Translations under genes and position numbers: made by a program
In this document: one piece after another, positions 12,334 to 25,464 of the stretch
How the letters are laid out: every line of letters starts with the position of its first letter
Numbering within the stretch: the first letter of the stretch is position 1
Notes under the pieces: model-generated
The model's database searches: none
Told to the model about the DNA's origin: nothing
What the model saw: the letters and a program-made list of their open reading frames with translations, nothing else
NCBI GenBank assembly: GCA_951406725.2
Contig: OX597814.1
Location: forward strand, 158,286,001 to 158,350,000
Length of the DNA: 64,000 nt
Source of the DNA: Octopus vulgaris
Lineage: Eukaryota
Direction: 5' to 3'

Positions 12334-13168
12334 ACAGCTGCTGTTATCTCAATTGCAGATAGAGAAAGGGCAGTGACTCGATTTGGTATCCTCAGGTGTC
12401 GAACTTGCGACCTTACGATCGTAAGGTCGTGAGTTAGATATCTGACGGTGCGTTATGCCCTTGATCAGGACACTTTATTTCACGTTACCCCAGTCCACTC
12501 AGTTGGCAAAAATGTGTAGTATTTCAAAGAAGAATATTGTGTGAAATGTTGAGAATCGTAATTAAAGTATTAAAATGTTATATTTCACAACTAATACCAG
12601 AAGGTTTAGATTTATAAATTTACTGAACCATTAAACAACTCTATGGGTTTCGTTCATCTTTAATCGAAGAGAAGAATGACATTTGTATAAATATGTAAGA
12701 CAATTTACTTCCGTATTATTCATTGATAAAACATTTATTTACTTTAAATCCTATCATTATAATCGAAAGCATCAAGGGATATCTTTCGTCATTGTATTAT
12801 TTCCAATTATTTTAATTCGGAACATACACGGAATATAAAATAACGAAGCTATCCAAAATGATTTTCTATTATACAGGAGACTCACTTTGAACGTGACTAG
12901 AACAACAAAGTAACATATATAATTTACTGAATAAAATAATCAACAAACCTTGATGGTAAAGGATTGCATTATTTCATATTGTTAATTTATATTAATCCAA
13001 CGTCTTTTTCCTTGTCAAGAGAAATGTGAGTGAAATCAGTTGCATATAGTTTGATTCTAATTATTTTGACAATCACCTTATTTGTGTGCAAAATTCACAA
13101 TCAATTACTCATATATCGCCATACACACATAGGTATGCATGTATTTTCTTTATCTTGATAACATGCGT

Positions 13169-13255
<87 letters not shown>

Positions 13256-13258
<3 letters not shown>

Positions 13259-13460
13259 TAATCCAAACACGAAAAAACTAAGAGAAAACACAACGCGAGA
13301 GCGTGGAACAAGTATAGTATTATTGGACGCTCGGGAAAGAAGGAAAGAAGAAGGGCTTAACGTTTCGAGCGGAGCACTTCGTCAGAAACATAGGAAAAGG
13401 AAAGATCCAAAGAAGGGAAGGCGGAGGAAAAAAGTCGCCAACAGTACACACGGGGTCACA
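13256..13460 (-). mobile_element. Penelope-like terminal-repeat (pLTR) fragment containing a hammerhead
   Basis: Abuts (TA)n. Minus strand CTGACGA-A-GTGC-TCC-GCTC-GAAAC-GTTA at 13355-13389, with 3' end TTTGGATTAAC. A partial second copy lies at 15243-15323. Confidence 0.7.
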
Positions 13461-13464
13461 ATAT

Positions 13465-13765
13465 CACTGTGACCTACCAGGCTATCAGATGTTGCTACAC
13501 ATCGCTGGTCAAAATGCGCTGCGCATTGTTTTAGCCTTCAAATGACGTCGACCCGCTGGCTAAGCGACCAGGCCAACAGAAGAAAGAGTGAGAGAAAGCT
13601 GTGGTGAAAGAGTACAGCATGGATCGCCACCACCTCCTACCGGAGCTTCGTGGAGCTTTTAGGTGTTTTCCCTCAATAAACACTCACAACGCCCGGTCTG
13701 GGAATCGAAACCGCGATCCTACGACCACGAGTTTGGTGCCCTAACCACTGGGCCATGACGCCTCC
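13465..13765 (-). mobile_element. tRNA-derived SINE family C
   Basis: Minus strand TGGCCCAGTGGTTAG A box and GGTTTCGATTCCC B box, followed by a non-tRNA body. Confidence 0.75.
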
Positions 13766-13920
13766 TCAGTGCCTCGTTGCCGGTTGATATTATTTTCTTG
13801 TTCAATATTTTGGATTTTGTTCCGGCCTCTGGAGCATCACTGTTTCTATAGTTTTACATAACTGGTTGAGGGTTTGGATAAATGCCGTTTCTTCCGTTTT
13901 TCTTCCTTCTTCAAGCGTTT

Positions 13921-13965
<45 letters not shown>

Positions 13966-13999
13966 TGAGAAAGTTGGTGTGTGAAAGAACGTGGTTGAA

Positions 14000-14512
14000 T
14001 ATATAGAAAATAGTAAAAAGTGAAAAAACTACACAAGGCTTGTTTTAAAAGGTTAAAAAATATATATTTGAGTCATTATGTCAGAAGAATGTTATAAATT
14101 TTTTTCACACAGTGACAGTTTTTGAAGAAATTACCGGTTTTTCGTGTATAACTTTTCAAATTTCTCAAAACATTGTTATGATTTCGTTCGTGAAGAAGTG
14201 TAAAGGAGAGTTCCAGGTAAGAGGAGGTAATAAGTGATTTCTTCCGGAAGGTAAGGGGAGGTAATAAGTGATTTCTTCCGGAAGAAATCACTTATTACCT
14301 CCCCTTACCTGGAACTCTTTTTCACACTTCTTAACGAACGAAATCATAACAATGTTTTGAGAAATTTGAAAAGTTATACACGAAACCGGTAATTTCTTCA
14401 AAAACTACGTCACTGTATGAAAAAAATTTATAACATTCTTCTGACATAATGACTCAAATATATATTTTTTAACCTTTTAAAACAAGCCTTGTGTAGTTTT
14501 TTCACTTTTTAC

Positions 14513-14520
<8 letters not shown>
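14000..14520. repeat. ~520-bp foldback palindrome between (TA)n tracts
   Basis: Left arm 14000-14279 is the reverse complement of 14280-14520, centred on TTCCGGAA, with a ~34-bp tandem duplication near the centre. Confidence 0.92.
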
Positions 14521-14562
<42 letters not shown>

Positions 14563-14565
<3 letters not shown>

Positions 14566-15075
14566 CGGAATAGAACGTACCAAAGCTATAGATATACAAA
14601 AACTACGATAAACGAAAATCACACCAGATACATTCAATACTCTAACCTTTATTAAACATACAACCCAAGAAACACAGAGGTTTACTATATTGTCCACCAG
14701 AACATCTCACTACTAAAACAAGACCCAAGAATGTAAAAAGCATTCAAAATACACAAAATAATCAAAAGTAAGAGGCAATGAAAGTCACTCTAAAAATTCC
14801 TCACAGGTGCTAAATTACCTTCCACAATTCCTACACCAACAGTCAAAAAGTGTGGCCGCCCCAATTGCTGGATTTGCATCAACCTTATTGAAGACATAAC
14901 ATACAAATTCAAACCAGGACAGACTTTTACCGTAAAAATTAACTTCACATGTTCTTCGAAGAATTTAATATACGCTATCAAATGTCAAGGATGTAATGAA
15001 GATTACATAAGTCAAAGCTTACTCTAAGAAATAGACTGACAAGTTATTGACAACAAATACGAGACTCCCATATCT
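14563..15075 (+). pseudogene. Penelope-like element fragment: linker + GIY-YIG endonuclease (frameshifted)
   Basis: From 14851 translates CGRPNCWICINLIE..FTCSSKNLIYAIKCQGCNEDYISQS (CxxxxCxxC, LIY...YI). Upstream motifs GIERTKAID and IIKSKRQ. Confidence 0.85.
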
Positions 15076-15320
15076 GCCTTCTTTTTAGGCTTAAAATGTA
15101 CTGTCACGTCACACTAACACATGCACGTAGCAGGAACAAAACAAAAGGTTATAACATTCAGGCCATTGACTGTTTGGACGTTTTCAGTCAACCGTGTCAG
15201 CCTCAACTTACGACACCAAACATCATCACGTATATATATATATAGTTAATCCAAACATGAAAACACAAAGAGAAAACACAACAACGCGGGGACGTGGAAC
15301 AAGAATAGTCTTATTGGATG

Positions 15321-15389
<69 letters not shown>

Positions 15390-15597
15390 AAAAAATGAAG
15401 TTCGAAAATGCTGCTGTATTATACAATTTTTAATTTTTATATATATACATTATAACATGTTTCAGTTCCTGAATATATATATATATATATATATATACAT
15501 ATGTGTGTGTGTATGTATGTATGTACTTAAAAGTAAAGTAGATAGTTCTAAAGTCTCTATAAGAGATGTAAGTAGTAACAATACTGAAAAGTAATAC

Positions 15598-15989
15598 TTG
15601 TTGCCACTTCAACATGACTGTTCCGCACGGAACTACGTTACTACCATTTTTTAAATCCCAGGAGGACATCTCCTCCACCTGGTTCTCGACACAACCTGTG
15701 TCCGACATACTGCGGTAAGGAGAGTGAACCCCTAACATCAAGCGGTGACAAGACCAGTATACCAACTTAGTTTCTGGGTATTTCCCTTTGTCAGTACTGG
15801 ACCCCTATCTGTTAGACATGGCAGTCGTTCGTCCTAGCTCGCACCATATAGAAGTTGGTTTTCGGTCCCCTGATCGAAATATATCGAACACAAGTTGTGG
15901 TGTTAACCAGCTAGAAGTGATGTCCTCTTGGGGTTAAAAAATGTAGTAACGTAGTTCCGTACGGAACAGCCATGTTGACGTGGCAACAA
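15598..15989. repeat. Foldback element with ~85-bp terminal inverted repeats (TTGCCAC family)
   Basis: 15598-15685 is the imperfect reverse complement of 15903-15989. Confidence 0.8.
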
Positions 15990-16149
15990 ACATGTATGTG
16001 TGCGAGTATGTGTGTGTGTGTGTGTGTGTGACAGATACAACATATATATGTGTGTGTGATAGATATAACATATATATATATGTGTGTGTGTGTGTATGCA
16101 TAATACAAACACACACATAAATATATATTTATGTTTGTATATATAAATT

Positions 16150-16219
<70 letters not shown>

Positions 16220-16589
16220 AAAATAAATGTATTATAGTAATAGGCGCCTTTCTTTACTATGCAAGTCTATACTGTTGATAAATATTTGCCGTTCGCCATT
16301 CCAATTTCAAAGAAATACCTACTTGTCTATTCTGGGGTCAATATAGTCGATGCTGGCCTCCTCAAAAATGCATGAGCTTCTGTCTATTCAAAAATAAATT
16401 CGCTATTTCATTGATATTAAAAGTTTTAAGGTCGAATAAACAATATTTGAAAAGCGGAATGATACAGGTGGCCCATATAGGGAAAGAAACAATATTCAGT
16501 AAATAGAAGTGGAATCAATTGCACAGTGTATAGGTATATAGGGAAATACTAAAGTGCAGAGGTTGAGCAATATTAAAACCAACATTAAG

Positions 16590-16800
16590 GCTGCAAGGTG
16601 GTAGAATCGTTAACACGGCGGGCAAAATGCTTCGCGGCATTTCGTACGTCTTTACGTTCTGAGTTCAAATTCCACCTAGGTCGACTTCACCATTTATCCT
16701 TTCTGGGTCGATAAATTAAGTACCAGTTGATCACTGGGGCTGATGTAACCGACTCACCCCCACCCTCGAAATCGATGGCATTGTGCTTTGGAAGCAGTAT
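16590..16800 (+). mobile_element. SINE family B, diverged
   Basis: GTTCTGAGTTCAAATTCC..GGTCGATAAATTAAGTACCAG. Confidence 0.75.
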
Positions 16801-16844
16801 TAAAAACAACATATTAAAAATAAAACCACATGAAAAACGTTTCA

Positions 16845-17154
16845 TATATATATAAATTAGAAAAACACCACCTTTTATCAATTCAAAATGAGCAATTAAA
16901 TTACACCATCTAGAAAATTACATGTAATAGAAATATTAAGATTAAAATAATAATGAAATGTCAATGATTAAGTAACGTATTAAAAATAATAATAAAAACG
17001 TATATAATATATACGTTTTTATTATTATTTTTTGCAATTTACTTAATCATTGACATTTTATTGTTATTTTAATTTTAATATTTCTAATACATGTAATTTT
17101 CTAGATGGTGTAATTTAATTGTTAATTTTGAATTGATAAAAGGTGTGTTTTTTC

Positions 17155-17165
<11 letters not shown>
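16845..17165. repeat. ~320-bp AT-rich palindrome between (TA)n tracts
   Basis: Arms are reverse complements around AAAAACGTATATAATATATACGTTTTT (~17007). Confidence 0.9.
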
Positions 17166-17224
<59 letters not shown>

Positions 17225-17298
17225 GTGAAATTTGATTTAGTATTCCTAAATTGAATTTTTTTTCCTTGTAAGTTTGGATTTTATTCCCTCAAATAATA

Positions 17299-17335
<37 letters not shown>

Positions 17336-17590
17336 ATTTGAACAAATCACATTCTAAAATAAAAAGAAAACAATCTGATAAAACTAGTAATGGTCTAAGT
17401 CGGTAAAATTATACTGTGAAGATAGTCAGTGCGGATAAATTCGAAAACCATGAAGAGATTAGTATACTCATATTGCAGAGCTGGCCTCTCGTCTGAAATA
17501 GGATCAAAGCATGATAAAACTAAAGAAAAAAATAGAAATACGTTTCGACACATTATTGAATTTGTGCCTGGGTTCAGCGAAGATTATATA

Positions 17591-17983
17591 TCTTTATATA
17601 TAAAAGTCAAGTTGTGTGTCTGTCTCCTACGATTTAGATTCCTAACTACTCCCACATTTTGCGGTGCAGTTTAACCAAAACCGGGTATCTTATAGTCGTG
17701 ATTCATATCGAGCCCTTCTGGGTATTAGTGCGCGTCTACGATGAGTCTACGATTTAAAAAAAAAATTACCATCATTTTTTTCCATTTTAATGCATTTTTT
17801 CGCTATTATATAAGGGAAGTAACTCTCTAAAAATGTCTACGATGAGTCAACGATTTAAAAAAAAAATTACTATCATTTTTTTTCCATTTTTAATGCATTT
17901 GTTTTGCTATCTTTTGACTCTCTAAAAATACTCATATAGTTATTTCCCTTACAAACCCGAGCAACGCCGGGCGATACTGCTAG
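17591..17983 (+). mobile_element. Non-autonomous Helitron
   Basis: A|TC 5' end, subterminal hairpin CCCG-AGCAACGC-CGGG, CTAG|T 3' end. Internal ~95-bp tandem duplication. Confidence 0.8.
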
Positions 17984-19835
17984 TTATATTATATACACGA
18001 ATCGTAGTTTTGTGTCTGAAGCCGGTATAAATTACATTGCTTCAGAATAGGTTTCATTTGTCCAAACTTTAAGGGGAACATTACAACAAAGGATTTGTAT
18101 ATTCTATAATGCCTGGTATCAAGTTACACAATTAGATTCAGTTACAGGTCTGTATATATCCCCACAGAACACCATGCATGCACGTGCGTGGAAACACACG
18201 CGAGCACGCACACACACAAACACACACATACACACACACATTATTCTATGCATAACTTTATTGTACGTTAAATATTTATCAATACCTCTACTCAAATATC
18301 TATATCAATGTATATTGCTTGCACTGGTGGCAATCTTTCTCATAATCTTCACCGTAACCTTGAGTAGATCATATTACATTATTACTAAGTTCTGAACATA
18401 TCAAATAACTAGCGATATTTTTGTAACAGTTTCAACTGCTGTTGTCAGCTGAGTTAGGCTGAGTTTCACAGGGATGGGGTGGGGGAGAATATTAATTCAC
18501 ACTCTTCACAGAGAATAACATACTAGTTCCTAAAAATATGTTACTCTATGAAAAGAAATCTTAACTCATTCGTTGAAATGTATACCATCTCTTTGCAGTA
18601 TGATCTTGGACATTCTAAGAAAATAGAACAATTATTTCTGTTGCCAAGAGGCAATTCAGTGTTTAAGTATAGTAGGGTAAACATTAAATGCCTTTTCTTC
18701 TTTTATTGAACTTGTTCCTTTCTTTTCTCTGTTTATTTTCTGCTAGTGGTTAGAAAGTCGGTCAGAAGGGCTCAAAGTAGGGAGTTCAACCTAGTTACTG
18801 ACACGTTACTGCACTTAACCAAGTTATTTTTTAATTGGTAAGCTTGATCTGAATGATTAATGATTTCTAAACCTGGCACAGGACCAAATATTTGGGGGTC
18901 TGGGAACAGTCAGTTCAATCAATCCTAGCACTTGATTGGCACATAGTTTAGGAATACCGAATGCTAAATGAAAAGAGTGTAACTAAATATTGTAAGGCGT
19001 TTTATCTAACACTAAACTGATTCTGACACTGTATTGCCCTTTATCTGAATGACTGAATAATATAGATATTCACTCGTCATGCACTTTGTTGGGGTAAAGC
19101 GTTTGTAGGGAGAAAGTTAAATAAGAGGTAATTGTAGTCCTTCGTTGAAACTATTTGTTTCTTCTGACCTTGTGAGTTCCTTTCTAAAATATTATCTTCA
19201 ACATAGCAAAGAGAGTCTACGTGAGTCCTTTTCTTGGTACAACTTAAAATCGAATATCTCTGAAAATAACCCCACCGTATTAAACAAAGCAGGACACATG
19301 GATAATTTGTGTCAAAGGTACCAACAAAAAGACGGGTCAGTCATAGCTTTTAAGTGTGTGATAACATGTCTGATCAATCAGGGCTAATTTGGCCCAAAAC
19401 AGTAACGAAGAAACAATTTATAGTTTAACGACTTATTCTTAAAAATAAAGAGCGTATTATATCTGTAATCATGTTTTCCAAAGGTTCTGATTTAATGTTT
19501 TACTTATTTCAGCCAATGTCGCTGGCCAAAATGGAAATCCAACAACAATGTTGCTATATCGCCCTTCTTGTAGTTTTATATACCAAACAGTGATTTTGAA
19601 ACGCTGCCCTCATATGTGTTCTTGCCACGACGTAGGTGCATTTGGAATTTTAAACAACAGAATGCCCAAGTGTAGCTCGAAATTGTTATCATCATGGATC
19701 CCATATACTTTTCGGTAGAATACTAGGTAACTGGAGATGATAGGGCTTTTGGCATTGTGCAATGGTACTAAGTTAAGTGGTACAAATTTTGTATACTTCT
19801 TAATGCCTAAGTTTGGTGCTAGTCCTTCCAAGATC

Positions 19836-19895
<60 letters not shown>

Positions 19896-21249
19896 TTAGT
19901 CAATCTGCAAGAAATAGTTGTCCTTCAAATTACACCCTTAAAACTCAAAGTAGTTCGAGACACTTTTTAAAAAGTAGTATGGTCATGGCTGTAATGCCTT
20001 TGCTCATAAATCTGTTCGGTCAGGATTTACTTGTGGCTAAGCAACGAAAATAACCAGCATGTGAATATTTTGCTCTTCTACTGAGAGAGATTTCACAAAC
20101 GTTGGCTTTAGATTGTTGTGGTTTAACGTCAAGTTTGTCTTGTTGGAACAGACTTTAAATCAAGTATATTAATTAAAAGTATTTTCGTAGATACAGAATG
20201 CAAAGAATCAGAACAAATACTATAAGGTATCCTGTCCGATGTCCTTACAGGTCTGCTAATCTACTGCTCTAGATTGGTCTATTTTTATGACCCCAAAAAT
20301 ATAAGAGTTGATTGCAGTGGTATTTAAACGTAGATCTGGAATTAATCTCATGAAGCTTCCAATCTGGCGCTCTAATGACTGTGCCAATGTGCAGAAAATT
20401 TGAACCTGCGTGATATGTGCATCAACTGTAAATGAGGTTTAGATCTATGTGCATGCGTGTAAACAATTTCAGTAGGTCATGAAATATGCGCTACTGTACA
20501 ATTAAGTCGGTAGAAAAAATATTGCATGAACTTACATACAAGTGGCTATACAGAAACGTGAACTGAACAATGATTGGTATTTTACAAATATAAACATTGT
20601 TTACTTTCAATGTATCATATCCTCTAAATGGTTGCTAAACTGGTGGGTAAAACTAAAAACTACAGATTGCAAAACGTCTATTGCTACCCTGCTGCGAAAC
20701 TATGTTGTTTTGAGTATTGTTCTTGTGTCCATATCAATGTGCACGCATTTCTGCGTGAGTGAGTGTGTATAGAACAGATCTACATAGAATACATTCATTT
20801 CATCAAGAGAAAAACGCATGGAAAATATGTTTACCCCTTTATCATTTAAGCTAGCCATACATGGCCCAAATATTCTACTTGTTTTACGTTCGAAGCGGCA
20901 AGCTCCAGTCTCTGACACTTACCCTACAATGACATGCTAAAAATAAACAACCACCCCATCGATATCTCTATGCTATGAGATAATGAATGGTTAATTCAAA
21001 ACAACGTGAATAAATAAGCATTATCTGAACGCTAAAGGATTAAACTGTTAAAACGATAAAAGTATTTAAAGAAGCAAAATATAAACTGTCATTGCTTGGA
21101 AGAATGAGCAAAATATAAAAACTATCCCAGAACATAATCTATAAAACTGAGAAATATAAAGGAGTTAAATCTAATTTTAGCGTTTATTGTTTCTTGAAAA
21201 CCGAAAGGAGATTATGAATATATATATATATTGTAATTTCTGTCCTTAG

Positions 21250-21305
21250 AGCGTCTCGTATCAGAGACGGTGGTACTGCTGTATCGTCAGCGATCTGCAT
21301 GATTG
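21250..21305 (+). other. Possible small host exon
   Basis: Polypyrimidine tract + TTAG acceptor and G|GTGAGT donor; one frame reads ASRIRDGGTAVSSAICMI. No homology recognised. Confidence 0.2.
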
Positions 21306-22385
21306 GTGAGTATTTTTATGGTAGTGATAGTGGTAAGTCAAAACACAACATAAATGTTTCGTAGCTGGCACTGTAAAGAAAGCTGTTGACATGTGTAGGA
21401 AACTGTTAACGAGTTTTGTAAGCCACGTGCTGTTAGTTCTCGTGAAAATCTGTAAGCAAGTTCTGTGTCATTCAATCAGAAAAAGAAATGTTTGTTAGCA
21501 AATTTTCAGATCGCAAATCTTTCGACTGTCGACGGTCATTATAGCCGGAAATTAAAAGATTGTTCGTAGATACAATAACTATAATCGCTTATATATAATT
21601 TTCTCTTTCATTTTGTCCATTGCAATACAAAGTAGACCTCTTCCAATCTTATTGCCAGAATAATGCGATGATTACACAACATGTGATTTGTGAATACAGA
21701 TTAATATATCACAACCCAAACAGTAAATTTAACAAATCTTAACCTACAATGATCATGACAAGTTTACGTAATTCTGTGTCGTGAATTTGTATAATTATTT
21801 TCGTGTCTCTACACTTTTTCTTCTTCAAATGTATATTCTATACCCTTTTAAACCCGTAGAACATATTATTTAAGAGTTTTAGCTGGTGTTTCAAAGCAGA
21901 TCAAGGGGCCGTGTAGAAGCTATTATCGTTGAAAGAGTTATATATTTACAAGAGAGACAAACAATATTGTCTGATGTCCACATCTTTCTTGAGTGATTTA
22001 AAAGTACTGAACTGATTTTAAGTCCAAATAGTAAGTTGATCATGTGGCCTTGTGTGAGCTTATATGTGCGTGCATATTTATATTCACACATGCCTTTCGT
22101 GATTATGATAGGATATGTTTGCCCAGATATCTTCGATGCGCATTTTGCAGAAAATACTCCGAGAATCACAATAGCGTCATAGGCATACTACCTACTTTAA
22201 AGCTTGATCACATTTTCCAAAGAGTTATATTTGTTGATTTTATTAATATATTACTGTTATTTACATTATTGAACACAGCTGGAATTGAACTCACAATGTA
22301 AAAATTAGACTATGGAAGGACGAACTTTCATAAATATGGACTTGTGGTCCGAAATTCGAACCATTTCACCAATTAAGCTACGTTG

Positions 22386-23715
22386 TAGGGGAAGCTTGGG
22401 AGAGTTGAGTCACATTTTCATTGGAGATGGAAGCTGAGTTATCGACTAACATAAAGACATTAGCAGAGCAGTTCTACGGACTCACACAAAATAAATGCCG
22501 TGCGTTGATAGTGGAATATGCATTAAGAAACAATGTTACGGTCCCTGATTATTGGCAACAAAACGGAATGACTAGTGAGTATTTTTGGATATCCTTTAAA
22601 GAAAGAAACCATCTAGCTATTTGAACACCAGAGGCTACATCTCTTGCTAGAGAAGTATGTTAAATCGCTATAACGTTGGCAAGTTTTACGACAACTTAAA
22701 TAGTGTTATGGACCTGCACAACTTTGAATGCCACGACATTTATAACGCAGATGAAACCGGGTGCGCACATGTGCAGCAATCTGTAAATGTCGTTGCTGCG
22801 CAGGAAGTAAAACTAGTAGGTCCTGTAACTTCCGGGTAGAAAGGACAACCTGTAACAGTTGTGTGTGCAGTTAATGCAGCAGGAAGTGTTGTTGCACCAC
22901 TACTGATCTTCCCACGAAAAAAATATAGGGATTATTTTATCAAAGATGGGCGTGCAGGCTGTATCGGAGGAATCAATTCCAGTGGATGGATTAATGAAGA
23001 TCTGTTTGTGACTTATTTAAAACACTTTATAGCCTACACCAGGGACAGCAAAGAGAAGTGTTGTTAATTTTGGACAATCACAAAACTCGAGTGTCTCTTG
23101 GAGATATTGACTTGGCCAAGAAAAATGGGGTGATATTATTAACAATCCCACCTCACACAAGCCACAAGCTCCAACTGTTGGATGTGAGCTGTTATAAGCC
23201 ATTCAAAACGGCATAAAGTCGAGCTGTTGATAAGGAGATGCGTTCCCACCCCGGAAATTCGATTACAATATATGACATTCTGGAATATGTTTCACATGCT
23301 CAGATACATGGTCTTACTGCTCAAAACATTATCTCTGGGTTTCAACGAACGGAAATTTATTCCTTTAACCGAGATGTGTTCTGTGAGACGGAGCTTGCTC
23401 TTGCAGTAGCAACAGATCGAGATCTTACAGCATCATCTTATGAAAACCAAGCATGTGTTCTCCTGTCAAGTATTAAAGAAATAATAGTTCCATATTCAAT
23501 GACGGAGTCACCCAAAATTTTACAGGAACCATCAACTTCTACCGAAACTGCTACTCCGAATGTTGAACGAAGTGGAGTTTTCGACGCTTCAAAATAAAAC
23601 ACATATCATTTATATATATTTATGTAAGTGTTTCATCTTAGCGTACAATCAATTAAAATATCACTTAACCCAAGTCCTCCTATGTCCCAACTCGCCCCTT
23701 ATACATGTCCCCCCC
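22386..23715 (+). mobile_element. pogo/Tigger-like DDE_1 DNA transposon relic
   Basis: Broken frames give YNADETG, CAVNAAGSVVAPLLIFPRK, SGWINEDLF, LILDNH and PPHTSHKLQLLDV. Degenerate TIR-like ends at ~22386 and ~23683-23699. Confidence 0.85.
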
Positions 23716-23734
23716 CCAGGAAGGTTGGGTCAAA

Positions 23735-25273
23735 TCACTACCCTTTAAAAAGCATGCTCCCATTTTTTCAGTTCTGGGGGAAGAAAGGCCCATCATTAAA
23801 CCATCTTCTGTTTATGGATGACCTGAAATTGTTTGGGAAATCTGAAAACAGATAGATTCCTTAACCAAAACAGTCTAGAAGTGTAGTAGGGACATTGGTA
23901 TGGAATTTCGGATTACCAAATGCTCAATACTTAATATGAAAAGAGGGAAGAAAGCAGCCTGTAGCGGATTGCGGTTACAAACAGGAGAAACCATGGGTGA
24001 ATCCGACGGTAGTGGGTATAAATATTTAGGGATTTTTGAGCTGGATGACATTCTACACAGAGAAATGAAAGTCAAGGTCAGTGAGGCGTATCAAAAAGGG
24101 TGAACATGATGTTGAAATCCAACCTGAATGCCAAAATTTTGATTACCGCAATGAATATCCCAGCAAATCAACACTGGATAGAAGGACGAGGAAGTTGATA
24201 ACGCTGCATGGGGTGCTACACCCTAAAGCAAACGTAAACAGACTATATATGAAAGGAAAGAATGGTGGCATAGGACTAATTAGTATAGACCATTGTATAA
24301 AGAGTGAAAGGAGAACGCTTGCCGAGGATTTGATAAATAGTGATGAAGACCTGCTACAATATACCGCGAAAGATATGGGTGTAAATGCAGATGAAATGAT
24401 GGGCAAGGAAGAGTTTAACGAAAGAGCTGAGGAGAAGAGAAAAGAAGACCTTCTTGAAATGAGAATGCTTGGACACACAAGGAATACACAAGACTTTAAG
24501 GATAATATAACATCGTAGGCATGGCTTGAGCGAGGTGATTTGAAGCGTGCCACCGAAAGCCTGATCTTGTTGCAAAAGACCAGGCTCTTGCTACCAATTC
24601 AGTGAAGTATAACATCTATAAAACTTCTGACACCTAGAAATACAGACTCTGTGGAAAGAGTGTGAAAAATGTGACCCACTTATTAAGTAGATGTGAGAGT
24701 CTTGCACAAAAAGAATAAAAGCGTCTCCAAGATAAAATGTGTGTAACTTCGTTGGTTCTCATGTCGTAAATACCAATATGAAGTAACAGAGAACTGGTAT
24801 GAGCATGTACGAAATAAAGTTATGCCGGAGGATGGAAAACTAACGATATTCTGGGACTATAATTTTCAAATTGATCGTACATTCGGACACAGTCGACCGG
24901 ATATTGTCATGATAAGTAAGAGAAACAAATACTGTTGCCCTATAAAATAACATGAATGTTATGAGTAAAGAGGTTGAAAATATCACCAGGTACTCGAAAG
25001 TGAAAGTGGAAATGGCAAGACTGTATGGAATGCGAGAGGGTAATGTAAAAGTGATAACACTGGTGATCATAGCGCTGGGGTCAATCCTATTGAAACTTCA
25101 AAACTTCTTAAGGCAACTGGAAATCCCATGCAAGATTGATGTCTTGCAAAAAGCAGCCTTATTGGGCACAGCGCACATCTTAAGGAAAGTATTATCTGTC
25201 TGAGATCCTTGTTGTGATTTGACAGATGACTAAAGACTCCGGCGCATTTTTACCTACACTGTGTTACGAAGAG
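23735..25273 (+). mobile_element. R4/Dong-type RLE non-LTR retrotransposon, 5' truncated, degenerate
   Basis: LNHLLFMDDLKLF (RT), YKYLG, LHPKANVNRLY, RPD endonuclease region, terminal LQKAALLGTAHILRKVL, then (TAA)n. Confidence 0.88.
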
Positions 25274-25371
<98 letters not shown>

Positions 25372-25395
25372 TATTATTATTATTATTATAATAAT

Positions 25396-25463
<68 letters not shown>
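25274..25463. repeat. (TAA)n with a short internal (TTA)n flip
   Basis: Directly visible. Confidence 0.95.

Positions 25464-25464
<1 letters not shown>

Noticed and set aside
13690-13765. tRNA gene on the - strand
   Set aside because: A and B boxes are present, but there is no proper acceptor stem and it continues into a SINE body.
21898-21935. IKGPCRSYYR Kunitz/Kazal-like peptide
   Set aside because: Too short, followed by a stop, and no other domain cysteines; likely chance.
22421-23597. Domesticated Tigger/CENP-B-like gene
   Set aside because: Multiple stops and frameshifts; a decayed transposon.
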